DNA from: a virus
Lineage: Duplodnaviria > Heunggongvirae > Uroviricota > Caudoviricetes
DNA length: 64,000 nucleotides
IMG/VR virus record: IMGVR_UViG_3300045450_000131
Coordinates: 97,228 to 161,227 of that record
Direction: 5' to 3' (one strand)
This document shows positions 54,703-62,026 of this stretch, in pieces. The stretch's first letter is position 1, and each line of letters begins with the position of its first letter. The translations under genes and the position numbers were made by a program. The notes under the pieces are model-generated. The model was not told the origin of the DNA and did no database searches. It saw nothing but the letters and a program-made list of their open reading frames with translations.

Positions 54703-55023
54703 TTATTCGAACTTCAGGTTAATGCCGCGGGCCATGGCAGGCAACACGATATCTGGGTTCATGCCCGCATCAAGAATGGACTTGTTCATCTTAACGATAA
54801 GGCCAACAAATAGGTCAATAATTTCTTGTAGCACCGCGAGATCAAATTTTGGCGTCAAGCTAATTTCCATAGTACCCCCGATTGTTTCTGCAAGCTCAGC
54901 TTTAAAGCCCGCATTCTTTAGACCATTGACCATCATCACCATCGCTTGAAAATTTGCAGCCTTTTCAATTTCGATGTTGCTAATTTCCTTAACCATGTTA
55001 AGGAGGTCGCGCTCAGAGTACAT
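54703..55023 (-). CDS. Hypothetical protein
   Basis: First gene behind the early promoter at 55060-55089. Confidence 0.65.
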   Translation of the reverse strand: MYSERDLLNMVKEISNIEIEKAANFQAMVMMVNGLKNAGFKAELAETIGGTMEISLTPKFDLAVLQEIIDLFVGLIVKMNKSILDAGMNPDIVLPAMARGINLKFE

Positions 55024-55059
55024 ATATTATCATCCTTAGTATGAGATTGGTATGAATGA

Positions 55060-55089
55060 ATTATAACCTAATAAACTAATTTAGTACAC
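55060..55089 (-). promoter_or_regulatory. Early promoter GTGTAC-N18-TATAAT
   Basis: Matches the same class as 14787-14816. Confidence 0.7.
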
Positions 55090-55096
55090 ATAAATA
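55089..55096 (+). promoter_or_regulatory. Late promoter-like CATAAATA
   Basis: Back to back with the early promoter; 5 nt before the HNH ATG. Confidence 0.6.
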
Positions 55097-55101
55097 TATG
55101 C

Positions 55102-55518
55102 ATGACATATCGAGCTTTACCAAAACCTGATCATTATTTTACCGCTCCACCAGGCACCTGTAGGTGGTGTAATAAATCCACCGGCTTGACTCCAAAAGGC
55201 AAGCCTAAAACTTCTAGGTGGCACAAGGAATGCGTAGATGAATACTTATTTTTATATTGGCCATCAGAGGCCCGCAAGAAGGTGTGGGCCAGAGATAAGG
55301 GGAAGTGCGCCTGTTGTGGAATTGTCTGCCAGCGACATGGTAATAACTGGGACTTAGATCACATCAAGCCGCTAGTTGAAGCAAACCATGATAAGTCATA
55401 TTGGCAGCTTGATAATATGCAAACCCTCTGCAAACAATGTCACAAAGAGAAAACCTCGCGTGAAGCGACCGCCCGAGCTGCAAAAAGAAAACTAGAAAAG
55501 GCCAAGAATGTTAATTAA
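55102..55518 (+). CDS. HNH endonuclease
   Basis: CRWC, RDKGKCACCG, WDLDHIKPL and LDNMQTLCKQCHKEKT motifs. Confidence 0.88.
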   Translation: MTYRALPKPDHYFTAPPGTCRWCNKSTGLTPKGKPKTSRWHKECVDEYLFLYWPSEARKKVWARDKGKCACCGIVCQRHGNNWDLDHIKPLVEANHDKSYWQLDNMQTLCKQCHKEKTSREATARAAKRKLEKAKNVN

Positions 55519-56263
55519 TGAATTAGTCGGCGTCAAGAAATTTAAAGACATGACGGCCACCGACGTATTACAGCTACTGAGTAAGAATTACACCTCATTT
55601 AAAGATGTAAAATTGCTAGGCCAAGGTTCAAATGGTGCCGCAGTTAAAATTAAGAATGACGTCTGGAAGTTCTGGATGGTAGACTCTGCATATGAGGAAT
55701 ATGTCAGATATTGCCAACATAACGAAGGCAATAAATTCCTACCAAAATTTTTGTCTAATATAAAGAAAATTCCGGCCTTCTTTATTAGACATGAGGATGC
55801 GCCAAAGTATGTTAAGTGCATTAAGGTTGAGGAGCTTGAACCATTAGGTTATGCAAATGATGTTAAATTTAAACTTAATACTGGTAAGTTTATTACTTTA
55901 GAACATGTTATTAATGCCGCGGATAAGTTAACAGATAGTGAAGTTGGTGATAACTTCAGGTATGCAACTGCCCTTAGCGCTGGGGCTGATAGGAAAATTG
56001 AGGCTACAGACTTAAGTCAAGATTTAATCTTATTGATGAAGACGCTGGATGAAATTAGAAATCTAAATCACTTTCTAGATTTGCATGGAGGCAACTTCAT
56101 GTATAGAGATAAGCAACTAGTTATTTTAGACCCCATCGCTAATCATGATGACCTATACATTAACACCAACTTTACTAAGTTTGACATGCGTAGACCTGAG
56201 AATCGTAACAACGCGCAGCCAGCCTTCTCAAGCAAGGACGTCAATCAACGCGAGGGTGAATAA
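55508..56263 (+). CDS. Protein-kinase-like (ePK/APH superfamily) enzyme
   Basis: Gly loop LLGQGSNGAAV, beta-3 Lys (VWK), catalytic loop DLHGGNFM, and VILDP at the DFG position. Confidence 0.78.
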   Translation: MLINELVGVKKFKDMTATDVLQLLSKNYTSFKDVKLLGQGSNGAAVKIKNDVWKFWMVDSAYEEYVRYCQHNEGNKFLPKFLSNIKKIPAFFIRHEDAPKYVKCIKVEELEPLGYANDVKFKLNTGKFITLEHVINAADKLTDSEVGDNFRYATALSAGADRKIEATDLSQDLILLMKTLDEIRNLNHFLDLHGGNFMYRDKQLVILDPIANHDDLYINTNFTKFDMRRPENRNNAQPAFSSKDVNQREGE

Positions 56264-56477
56264 TGATTCTGTCTAGCTCCATTAAAATTAGAGCTAGTTC
56301 AGCCCGATAAAGTTTCTGATCCTCAGTTCTCCAGACTTCCTTTGGCTTACCGTAATCATACAAAATGCATGCAGCAAGAAGATTGTCGACGTGTTGGTAT
56401 TGGTCAACAAGCTTTTGTTTTTCATTAGCTTTGCCCGGCTTAGACTTAGCTTTTTCATAGTATGAAATGTTCTTCAT
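56241..56477 (-). CDS. Hypothetical protein
   Basis: 78 aa, convergent with the kinase. Confidence 0.55.
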   Translation of the reverse strand: MKNISYYEKAKSKPGKANEKQKLVDQYQHVDNLLAACILYDYGKPKEVWRTEDQKLYRAELALILMELDRIIIHPRVD

Positions 56478-56644
56478 TTTTCCTCTAGTTGATCTAGATA
56501 TTCTTCAAGCTCTTTTTCAGCCTCTTGCACTCTTTTATAGGCACTATTCCAGAAGTACGAGTCAACAATAGAACCAAGTTCCATGCGTGTGTTAGAAACT
56601 TCGCTAATAAGGGTCCTTAAAATACGGCGTTCTTCTTTAGTCAT
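56474..56644 (-). CDS. Small hypothetical protein, 56 aa
   Basis: Hand translation MTKEERRILRTLISEVSNTR...EEYLDQLEEK; ATGA overlap with the next gene. Confidence 0.55.
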   Translation of the reverse strand: MTKEERRILRTLISEVSNTRMELGSIVDSYFWNSAYKRVQEAEKELEEYLDQLEEK

Positions 56645-56645
56645 C

Positions 56646-56957
56646 TTATTCCTTCACTAATTTATATCCAAGTTCACGAGCTGCACTTTGAAGCAGCTTA
56701 AGTTTGACTTCGTCTTGTGTTTGACCGTGATTCCAAAAGCCATTCGAAATTGGGTGAAACGCGTAGCTGTCAAAATACCCCAGGGTTTGGGTATCAGCAT
56801 GCTCGCAGTGGATGACTCGACCATAATGCATGTCATCATTATTAGGATTGCGCCTGCCCAGAGAAGCCTCACGCATAATTTTCTTGCCGAGAAAGGGATC
56901 GTTTTGCCACTCGCTAGCTTGGTCATTAAACAAGATGATAGAAGTGCGCATGCCCAT
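56646..56957 (-). CDS. Hypothetical protein
   Basis: 103-aa ORF with an SD (GAGG). Confidence 0.6.
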   Translation of the reverse strand: MGMRTSIILFNDQASEWQNDPFLGKKIMREASLGRRNPNNDDMHYGRVIHCEHADTQTLGYFDSYAFHPISNGFWNHGQTQDEVKLKLLQSAARELGYKLVKE

Positions 56958-57150
56958 AATTTTTACCTCTTATTTAGGAGTCGTCGTATGCTTCGTTTGC
57001 TCGGTCCTCATGGACGCAAAATTCTATTAGCTCAATGAGCTTAGCTTGCTTTTCTGGAGAGTCAGCAAATTCTGCAAAGAGCTTTTTCATTTTATTAAGC
57101 TCTTCGGCGGAGGTATCCCAGTAGGCGATCTTATCGATAAAGTGCATATT

Positions 57151-57405
57151 TTAAGCCTGTTCAGCTTGCAGTTTGGCTTGAACCTTAGCGAGGAGGGTTT
57201 CGTCCTTCAGCTTCTTCAAATCATACTTGCGACCGGCCTTTAGCTTGACTGCATGAGCAACGAGCTTGTCTTTATCAGACACCTTCCCGGCCAGCACGGC
57301 TTGAATCCAGACCTTGCCGAAGCTAAAGCGCTTGCGGGCATCACGTTGAATGAGGTAAGCTGCTTTAGCTTGAACTTCGGTTTGCGCTTGAGTGATTTCG
57401 GTCAT
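57151..57405 (-). CDS. Hypothetical basic protein
   Basis: 84 aa with an SD (AAGGA), downstream of an early promoter. Confidence 0.6.
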   Translation of the reverse strand: MTEITQAQTEVQAKAAYLIQRDARKRFSFGKVWIQAVLAGKVSDKDKLVAHAVKLKAGRKYDLKKLKDETLLAKVQAKLQAEQA

Positions 57406-57443
57406 GATTTAATTTCCTTGACAAAGTTTGTTTTGATAGATGA

Positions 57444-57472
57444 ATTATATCTAATCTGCCAAGGTTGTACAT
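57444..57472 (-). promoter_or_regulatory. Early promoter ATGTAC-N17-TATAAT
   Basis: Variant of the GTGTAC class. Confidence 0.6.
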
Positions 57473-57481
57473 ATGATTCTT

Positions 57482-57489
57482 GATAAATA
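57482..57489 (+). promoter_or_regulatory. Late promoter-like GATAAATA
   Basis: 26 nt upstream of the 57516 start. Confidence 0.55.
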
Positions 57490-57515
57490 TATGAATAATA
57501 CAACTTATTACATAT

Positions 57516-57932
57516 ATGCTCATCAAAGAACTGCTAGATGAAGTTTTAAACACCAAGTTTGACTTCAACATCATCACTAGCACTGGTAAAATTTTAAAGG
57601 CATCTACTGAAATTGGAGAAGCCACATATACCTTTACGGCGTACATGCCATATACTGGCGCCGCGTGGGACTTTGAATTTTCAAGAGGTGAGAGCGGCTA
57701 TGAACTTAGCAACACGGGTGATGAATTCAAGGTTTTTTCTGTAGCGCGGCAATTCTTTGATTTACTAATGACTAAGAAGAATCCTGAAAAGATCTACTTC
57801 AGTGGAGCTGTCGATGAAGGTAGAGAAAGATTATATAAGAAGTTTGCCTTATACCTATCTCGTCAATATAATTTAAAATTAAATACTCGTGAGTATGAAG
57901 ATGAACATCAATACACCTTAAGCAAGGTGTAA
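57516..57932 (+). CDS. Hypothetical protein, paralog of 50955..51416
   Basis: Starts MLIKELLDEVLN; WDFEF, NTGDEF.VF and RERLY motifs. Confidence 0.7.
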   Translation: MLIKELLDEVLNTKFDFNIITSTGKILKASTEIGEATYTFTAYMPYTGAAWDFEFSRGESGYELSNTGDEFKVFSVARQFFDLLMTKKNPEKIYFSGAVDEGRERLYKKFALYLSRQYNLKLNTREYEDEHQYTLSKV

Positions 57933-57972
57933 GTACGAACCTTCTATGGAAATTGCACTTTGGTGCAAGACT

Positions 57973-58002
57973 GTTTACATCCTGATATCAGGATGTTATA
58001 AT
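57973..58002 (+). promoter_or_regulatory. Early promoter GTTTAC-N18-TATAAT with a perfect 20-bp palindrome in the spacer
   Basis: T4 early consensus; ACATCCTGAT-ATCAGGATGT at 57977-57996. Confidence 0.8.
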
Positions 58003-58008
58003 CAACAT

Positions 58009-58455
58009 ATGAACAATTACACCATCATCTCTATTGAAACCGCTAAGCAAATGCTGAAGCTTTTGAAGAACCGAAAGCTCTCGCTGAGCGATGCATACAA
58101 GGCAGTTGAACGCCTGATGCCGACCGGCTGGCCAGCGCTGAACGATGTTTACGGCCTCGCTGGTGAAGCCGGTTCTCTCGCTCTCGAAGGTGATGGTAAC
58201 TGGAAACAGTTCAACTTGAACGAAGAACACTGGTGCTTCGGTGAAGCCGATCTTGAAAGGATCGGCTGTTTCAGAAATAACACAGACGCTCAGTATCTCA
58301 ATCGTGAACAGATGATTCGTCTGATGCAAGGCCACATCGGCACTTTTAATACGCCAAAGGCCAAGCCAAAGGCCAACCGCACATTGGAAGAAGCCGAACG
58401 CGAAATTGCCCGGCTGCAATCGCTCCTACGAATGAACAACATTAATATACCTTAA
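58009..58455 (+). CDS. Hypothetical protein, probably leaderless
   Basis: Start moved to MNNYTII (58009), 6 nt after the -10. Confidence 0.7.
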   Translation: MNNYTIISIETAKQMLKLLKNRKLSLSDAYKAVERLMPTGWPALNDVYGLAGEAGSLALEGDGNWKQFNLNEEHWCFGEADLERIGCFRNNTDAQYLNREQMIRLMQGHIGTFNTPKAKPKANRTLEEAEREIARLQSLLRMNNINIP

Positions 58456-58465
58456 CTAGAGATAG

Positions 58466-58807
58466 TTAATTCAAGTATAAGTATGAGCCCTCGAGCGAAA
58501 TCATACTTTGATTAAGGTCCTCGTGCCTGACGTTTTTGTAATTCTTGCTACTTGTAATTGTATTATTATAGCTTAACCCGAGCTGCAAAGGTCGATTCAA
58601 TATTAGATAGCGTAAGGTGATAGCTTTACTTCTATCTTTGCAGTCAAATCTACTTATATCTTCTTCGCTCACCGCTATCTTTAGATAGTATGTAATAGTA
58701 AGCTCATCATTCATGTCGTGCAGGGTAATAATATAATTAATATTGCCCTCTTTGTGGTGCTCAATTAGAGGAGTGAGCTGATCTTCATATAGAATTTTGA
58801 CTCTCAT
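58466..58807 (-). CDS. Hypothetical protein
   Basis: AT-rich ORF with an ATGA overlap. Confidence 0.55.
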   Translation of the reverse strand: MRVKILYEDQLTPLIEHHKEGNINYIITLHDMNDELTITYYLKIAVSEEDISRFDCKDRSKAITLRYLILNRPLQLGLSYNNTITSSKNYKNVRHEDLNQSMISLEGSYLYLN

Positions 58808-59358
58808 ATTTTACCTTTCATGTGGTCTAATACGCAGTAATAATTATCTTCGTCATGCTTGCTCTCATGCCATGTCTGCAGCACACTTGGGAAAATGCCA
58901 TTGTATGTGATGGATAATGGGTCAAACGATTCATCACACCGCAAAGATAAGATAAACATGTCATCCCAATATCTGTTAAGTCTACCACTTGTGCTACTCT
59001 TCTTATACCACAGGTCGTTAAACTTAGTGACATAGACAATCGCTTCATGTTCATATGGGCCAATAGTATGCGTTCCCTTACTGGTAAGCTTATTATCAAG
59101 CAGATATTTTTTATCAGCCTTAATAAGCAAATCGCCCACTTCACCAATATCAGTTCTCTCTATGTCTAATTTTAGATATGTGTAGATGAAAAGATCAGAT
59201 GCGTACTCGGATGCCATTGCTACTAAACAAGCACTTCCATATCTGATATCTTTTGCCGTAGCAATCACATCTTTATCATGCGTAAAGTGCTCAACTGTCT
59301 CTCTATAGTCAGCTAACCTGGACTTGTAGAGCTCATTAATCTCTTCTAATACGCTCAC
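58804..59358 (-). CDS. Hypothetical protein
   Basis: 184 aa, overlapping both neighbours. Confidence 0.6.
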   Translation of the reverse strand: MSVLEEINELYKSRLADYRETVEHFTHDKDVIATAKDIRYGSACLVAMASEYASDLFIYTYLKLDIERTDIGEVGDLLIKADKKYLLDNKLTSKGTHTIGPYEHEAIVYVTKFNDLWYKKSSTSGRLNRYWDDMFILSLRCDESFDPLSITYNGIFPSVLQTWHESKHDEDNYYCVLDHMKGKI

Positions 59359-59621
59359 GCTACCACCTTATAATTATTATCATCAAGTTTCTCTGTCCAC
59401 GACGCATTATTTGTAATAACAATTTTATGATAATTAAAAAGCAAGATGTCAAATAATTTAACTGCATCATTATAATGCATGAACTTAATTACCTTTGACG
59501 CCTCCTTGCTTCTAATAAAGGTGTTATCGAATAGTGAAATTACGCCCCATCCATCTTCATATCGGTCAATGGCGTAAGGTGTTACTTCAAATGGTAAGTC
59601 GTATTTGCTAGTTTCAGTCAT
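59355..59621 (-). CDS. Hypothetical protein
   Basis: 88 aa with an SD (AAGGA). Confidence 0.55.
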   Translation of the reverse strand: MTETSKYDLPFEVTPYAIDRYEDGWGVISLFDNTFIRSKEASKVIKFMHYNDAVKLFDILLFNYHKIVITNNASWTEKLDDNNYKVVA

Positions 59622-59653
59622 ATAAAATCCTTTAGTAAATTATACTACTACCT

Positions 59654-60301
59654 TTATAGCATTTTAAGCTGCTCTAGCAGGTCAAAATTAAAGTCATATT
59701 TGCTCTTAGTTAGATTTAACTTAGCATCCATCATCTGTAAGTTAATTAGGGATGCGGCGTTCTCAGGTGATATATTCTCCAAAAAGCACGCTATGATTGG
59801 GACCTTGTGGTCTAAGTGGTAATTAATATTACCTAGTCCTCGTGGCAAATTAAGCGGATTAATAATGTGCTTATTTTGATTATATGTCTTCTCAGTTATA
59901 AATCTTACCTTTGCTCTGTAGTCTTCATACAATTTCAAATCGTATTTGCGCGCATGCTTCTTCATGTATCCTGCATGTGCGTTCATCATGCGTCTATATC
60001 CACCGCATTTTTGACATGGCGGTATTCCACCATTTGCTTTGGCCCTAGAAAATAAATTATTAAACGTCCAAGTCTGTTCTGTTCCACAATCATGCGTAAA
60101 TTTCCACATGGGCTTACCATGTTCATTTGTGCCTGTATTAGAAATATTAGAATAACCTAAACCTTCTATAAATTCTTTTTCTATCTGCCTTTTTGTTAGA
60201 ACTTTATTCTTCACATAGCAATTTGCACATACCTTACTATAAGAAGCGGTGACTTCTATTTTGCCGCAAGAAGAGCAAATTCTCTCCTTCGCTTTACTCA
60301 T
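59654..60301 (-). CDS. Zinc-ribbon plus HNH-like nuclease, possible homing endonuclease
   Basis: CSSC..CANC, H.CG and PPCQKC; C-terminal YHLDHKVP...NLQMM...N..KS. Confidence 0.65.
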   Translation of the reverse strand: MSKAKERICSSCGKIEVTASYSKVCANCYVKNKVLTKRQIEKEFIEGLGYSNISNTGTNEHGKPMWKFTHDCGTEQTWTFNNLFSRAKANGGIPPCQKCGGYRRMMNAHAGYMKKHARKYDLKLYEDYRAKVRFITEKTYNQNKHIINPLNLPRGLGNINYHLDHKVPIIACFLENISPENAASLINLQMMDAKLNLTKSKYDFNFDLLEQLKML

Positions 60302-60612
60302 TTTGTGCCCTTACATGCTGAGCACGGAATAATATTAGGGCTCTTCTTAATTCTAGTCATTAAGTTATTAAACGTACTAGTTTGTTCAGTGCCACATGCG
60401 CTGTGGGTAAAAGTCCAAACACGCTGCTTGAAATTATTAAGAGATGGATTTTTAACATCAACATATCCAAAAGATTCAAGGTATTCTTTATCCTGCCTAA
60501 ATTTATCTGACAATTTATTTTTATCTGCGCATGCCCTACAGATATCGGATCTAGTTCTAGTTTCTTCAATTTGACTGCAGCATTGTGTGCAGACCCTCGT
60601 ATGTACTTTCAT
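60298..60612 (-). CDS. Zinc-ribbon protein, truncated paralog of the downstream gene
   Basis: CTQC..CRAC, WTFTHSACGTEQTSTFNNL and PCSAC; no nuclease domain. Confidence 0.65.
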   Translation of the reverse strand: MKVHTRVCTQCCSQIEETRTRSDICRACADKNKLSDKFRQDKEYLESFGYVDVKNPSLNNFKQRVWTFTHSACGTEQTSTFNNLMTRIKKSPNIIPCSACKGTK

Positions 60613-60655
60613 ATGTAATTCCGCTGATTATAAAGAAACATTATAAGCAGGCATG

Positions 60656-60690
60656 AAAAAAGGTCAACCTATTTTAAGGTTGACCTTTTT
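60656..60690. terminator. Terminator after the major capsid gene
   Basis: AAAAAGGTCAACCT...AGGTTGACCTTTTT. Confidence 0.88.
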
Positions 60691-60737
60691 GTGGCAGGGC
60701 TAGTTTAATCTAGCCTCTTATTCAATCAGAAATCTGA

Positions 60738-62006
60738 TTAGCTGAACGCGACGTTCTTGACTAAGATGCGGCTATAGTAATCACTTGAGTTACCGAAGCT
60801 GGTTTGCGCGTTAGTGAAGGTAGCCTTACCGTAACGGGTAGACAAGCTAACCGCAGGCATGAAGGTGTTCGCGTCCATAACAACACCAGTGGATTGTAGT
60901 GGAACGTATGGGCAGTAGAAGTAACCAGCGTCTAGTTCGGATGTACCGCCCTTATAACCGATTAGGATGTCTTCACCAGCAGAACCAGCTGCGCTGTTCG
61001 CGCCACCAGCGATGTCGTAGTTGTCGTTTAGACCCCAGTTGTAGGTGTAAACTCTCATGGAACCGTTTAGGGTACCAACTAGACGGTTGCCTGTTGGAGC
61101 TTCGAAGTTGCCTTGAACAGCTGGCGCGAACACGGAACGTGAAGCGGACTGTAGTAGGGAGGTAATTAGGTGACCGCCAACTAGCCAGTTACCTGGGCCG
61201 CGCTTAGTACGTGCACCGATTTCGTTCGCCATCTTGTTAACTAGAATACCTAGTTCAGCGTAGCGATCGCCGATGTAGTTTGGTGAATAACCTTGTGCTG
61301 GAGCAGCAAAGTCATAGGTCGCGACTGTGGAAGCTAAAGCTAGCAAGTCGGTTAGAATTTCGTTGTCGATTTCGTGAGCGATAGTTGCAGCTAGAGCGGC
61401 AGTTAGTTCGCTTTCGATGTCGATACCGTGGGTGACGGACATATCCTGAGCAGCTTCCATGGTCCAACGAGCCTGTAGCTTGCGGGAACCAACAGTGACT
61501 GACTGCTTTAGAACTGATAGGCGCATTGAACGACCACCGTAACCTTCGTAGTCTTCAGTGCGTGCACCGAAACCATCGGAAGTGTTAGCAGTTAGTGAAG
61601 GTGGGTAACCAGTGGTACCAACGTTCGCAGTAGAGTAGAAACGCTTCATCTTACCATTGTAGATGAAAGCTTCATCGCCTGGGGCGATGTCGTGTAGAGT
61701 GCCTGGAGCATCTACTGGTTCCGCAAACGCGAAGCGTAGGGAGTAGATTAATCCGGTTGGGCCAGTCATTGGCTGAACGCCGACTAGTTCACCACCGATG
61801 GTGCCAGGAATAATACGGCGGATCATTGGAATCATGATACGCTGGAAGGTAGCTACGTCAGCAGACTGAACAGCGTTAGCTGGTGCAGTTTCTAGAAGCT
61901 TCTTCTGGTTTTCCATCAGAGTAGCGACGATGGAACGCTTAGAGCCAGTTAGACCTTCTAGTAGGCCTTCCTTAGTCTCTTGCCAATTTTCGATAAGGTT
62001 TTGCAT
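60738..62006 (-). CDS. gp23: Major capsid protein, T4 gp23-like
   Basis: IPMIRR, VGVQPMTGPTGLI, SRKL.ARWT.EAAQD...HG.D.E.EL, EIDNEI, AGYFYCPYVPL and TRYG motifs. Confidence 0.97.
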   Translation of the reverse strand: MQNLIENWQETKEGLLEGLTGSKRSIVATLMENQKKLLETAPANAVQSADVATFQRIMIPMIRRIIPGTIGGELVGVQPMTGPTGLIYSLRFAFAEPVDAPGTLHDIAPGDEAFIYNGKMKRFYSTANVGTTGYPPSLTANTSDGFGARTEDYEGYGGRSMRLSVLKQSVTVGSRKLQARWTMEAAQDMSVTHGIDIESELTAALAATIAHEIDNEILTDLLALASTVATYDFAAPAQGYSPNYIGDRYAELGILVNKMANEIGARTKRGPGNWLVGGHLITSLLQSASRSVFAPAVQGNFEAPTGNRLVGTLNGSMRVYTYNWGLNDNYDIAGGANSAAGSAGEDILIGYKGGTSELDAGYFYCPYVPLQSTGVVMDANTFMPAVSLSTRYGKATFTNAQTSFGNSSDYYSRILVKNVAFS

Positions 62007-62026
62007 TTATTTCTCCTAATGGAAGA

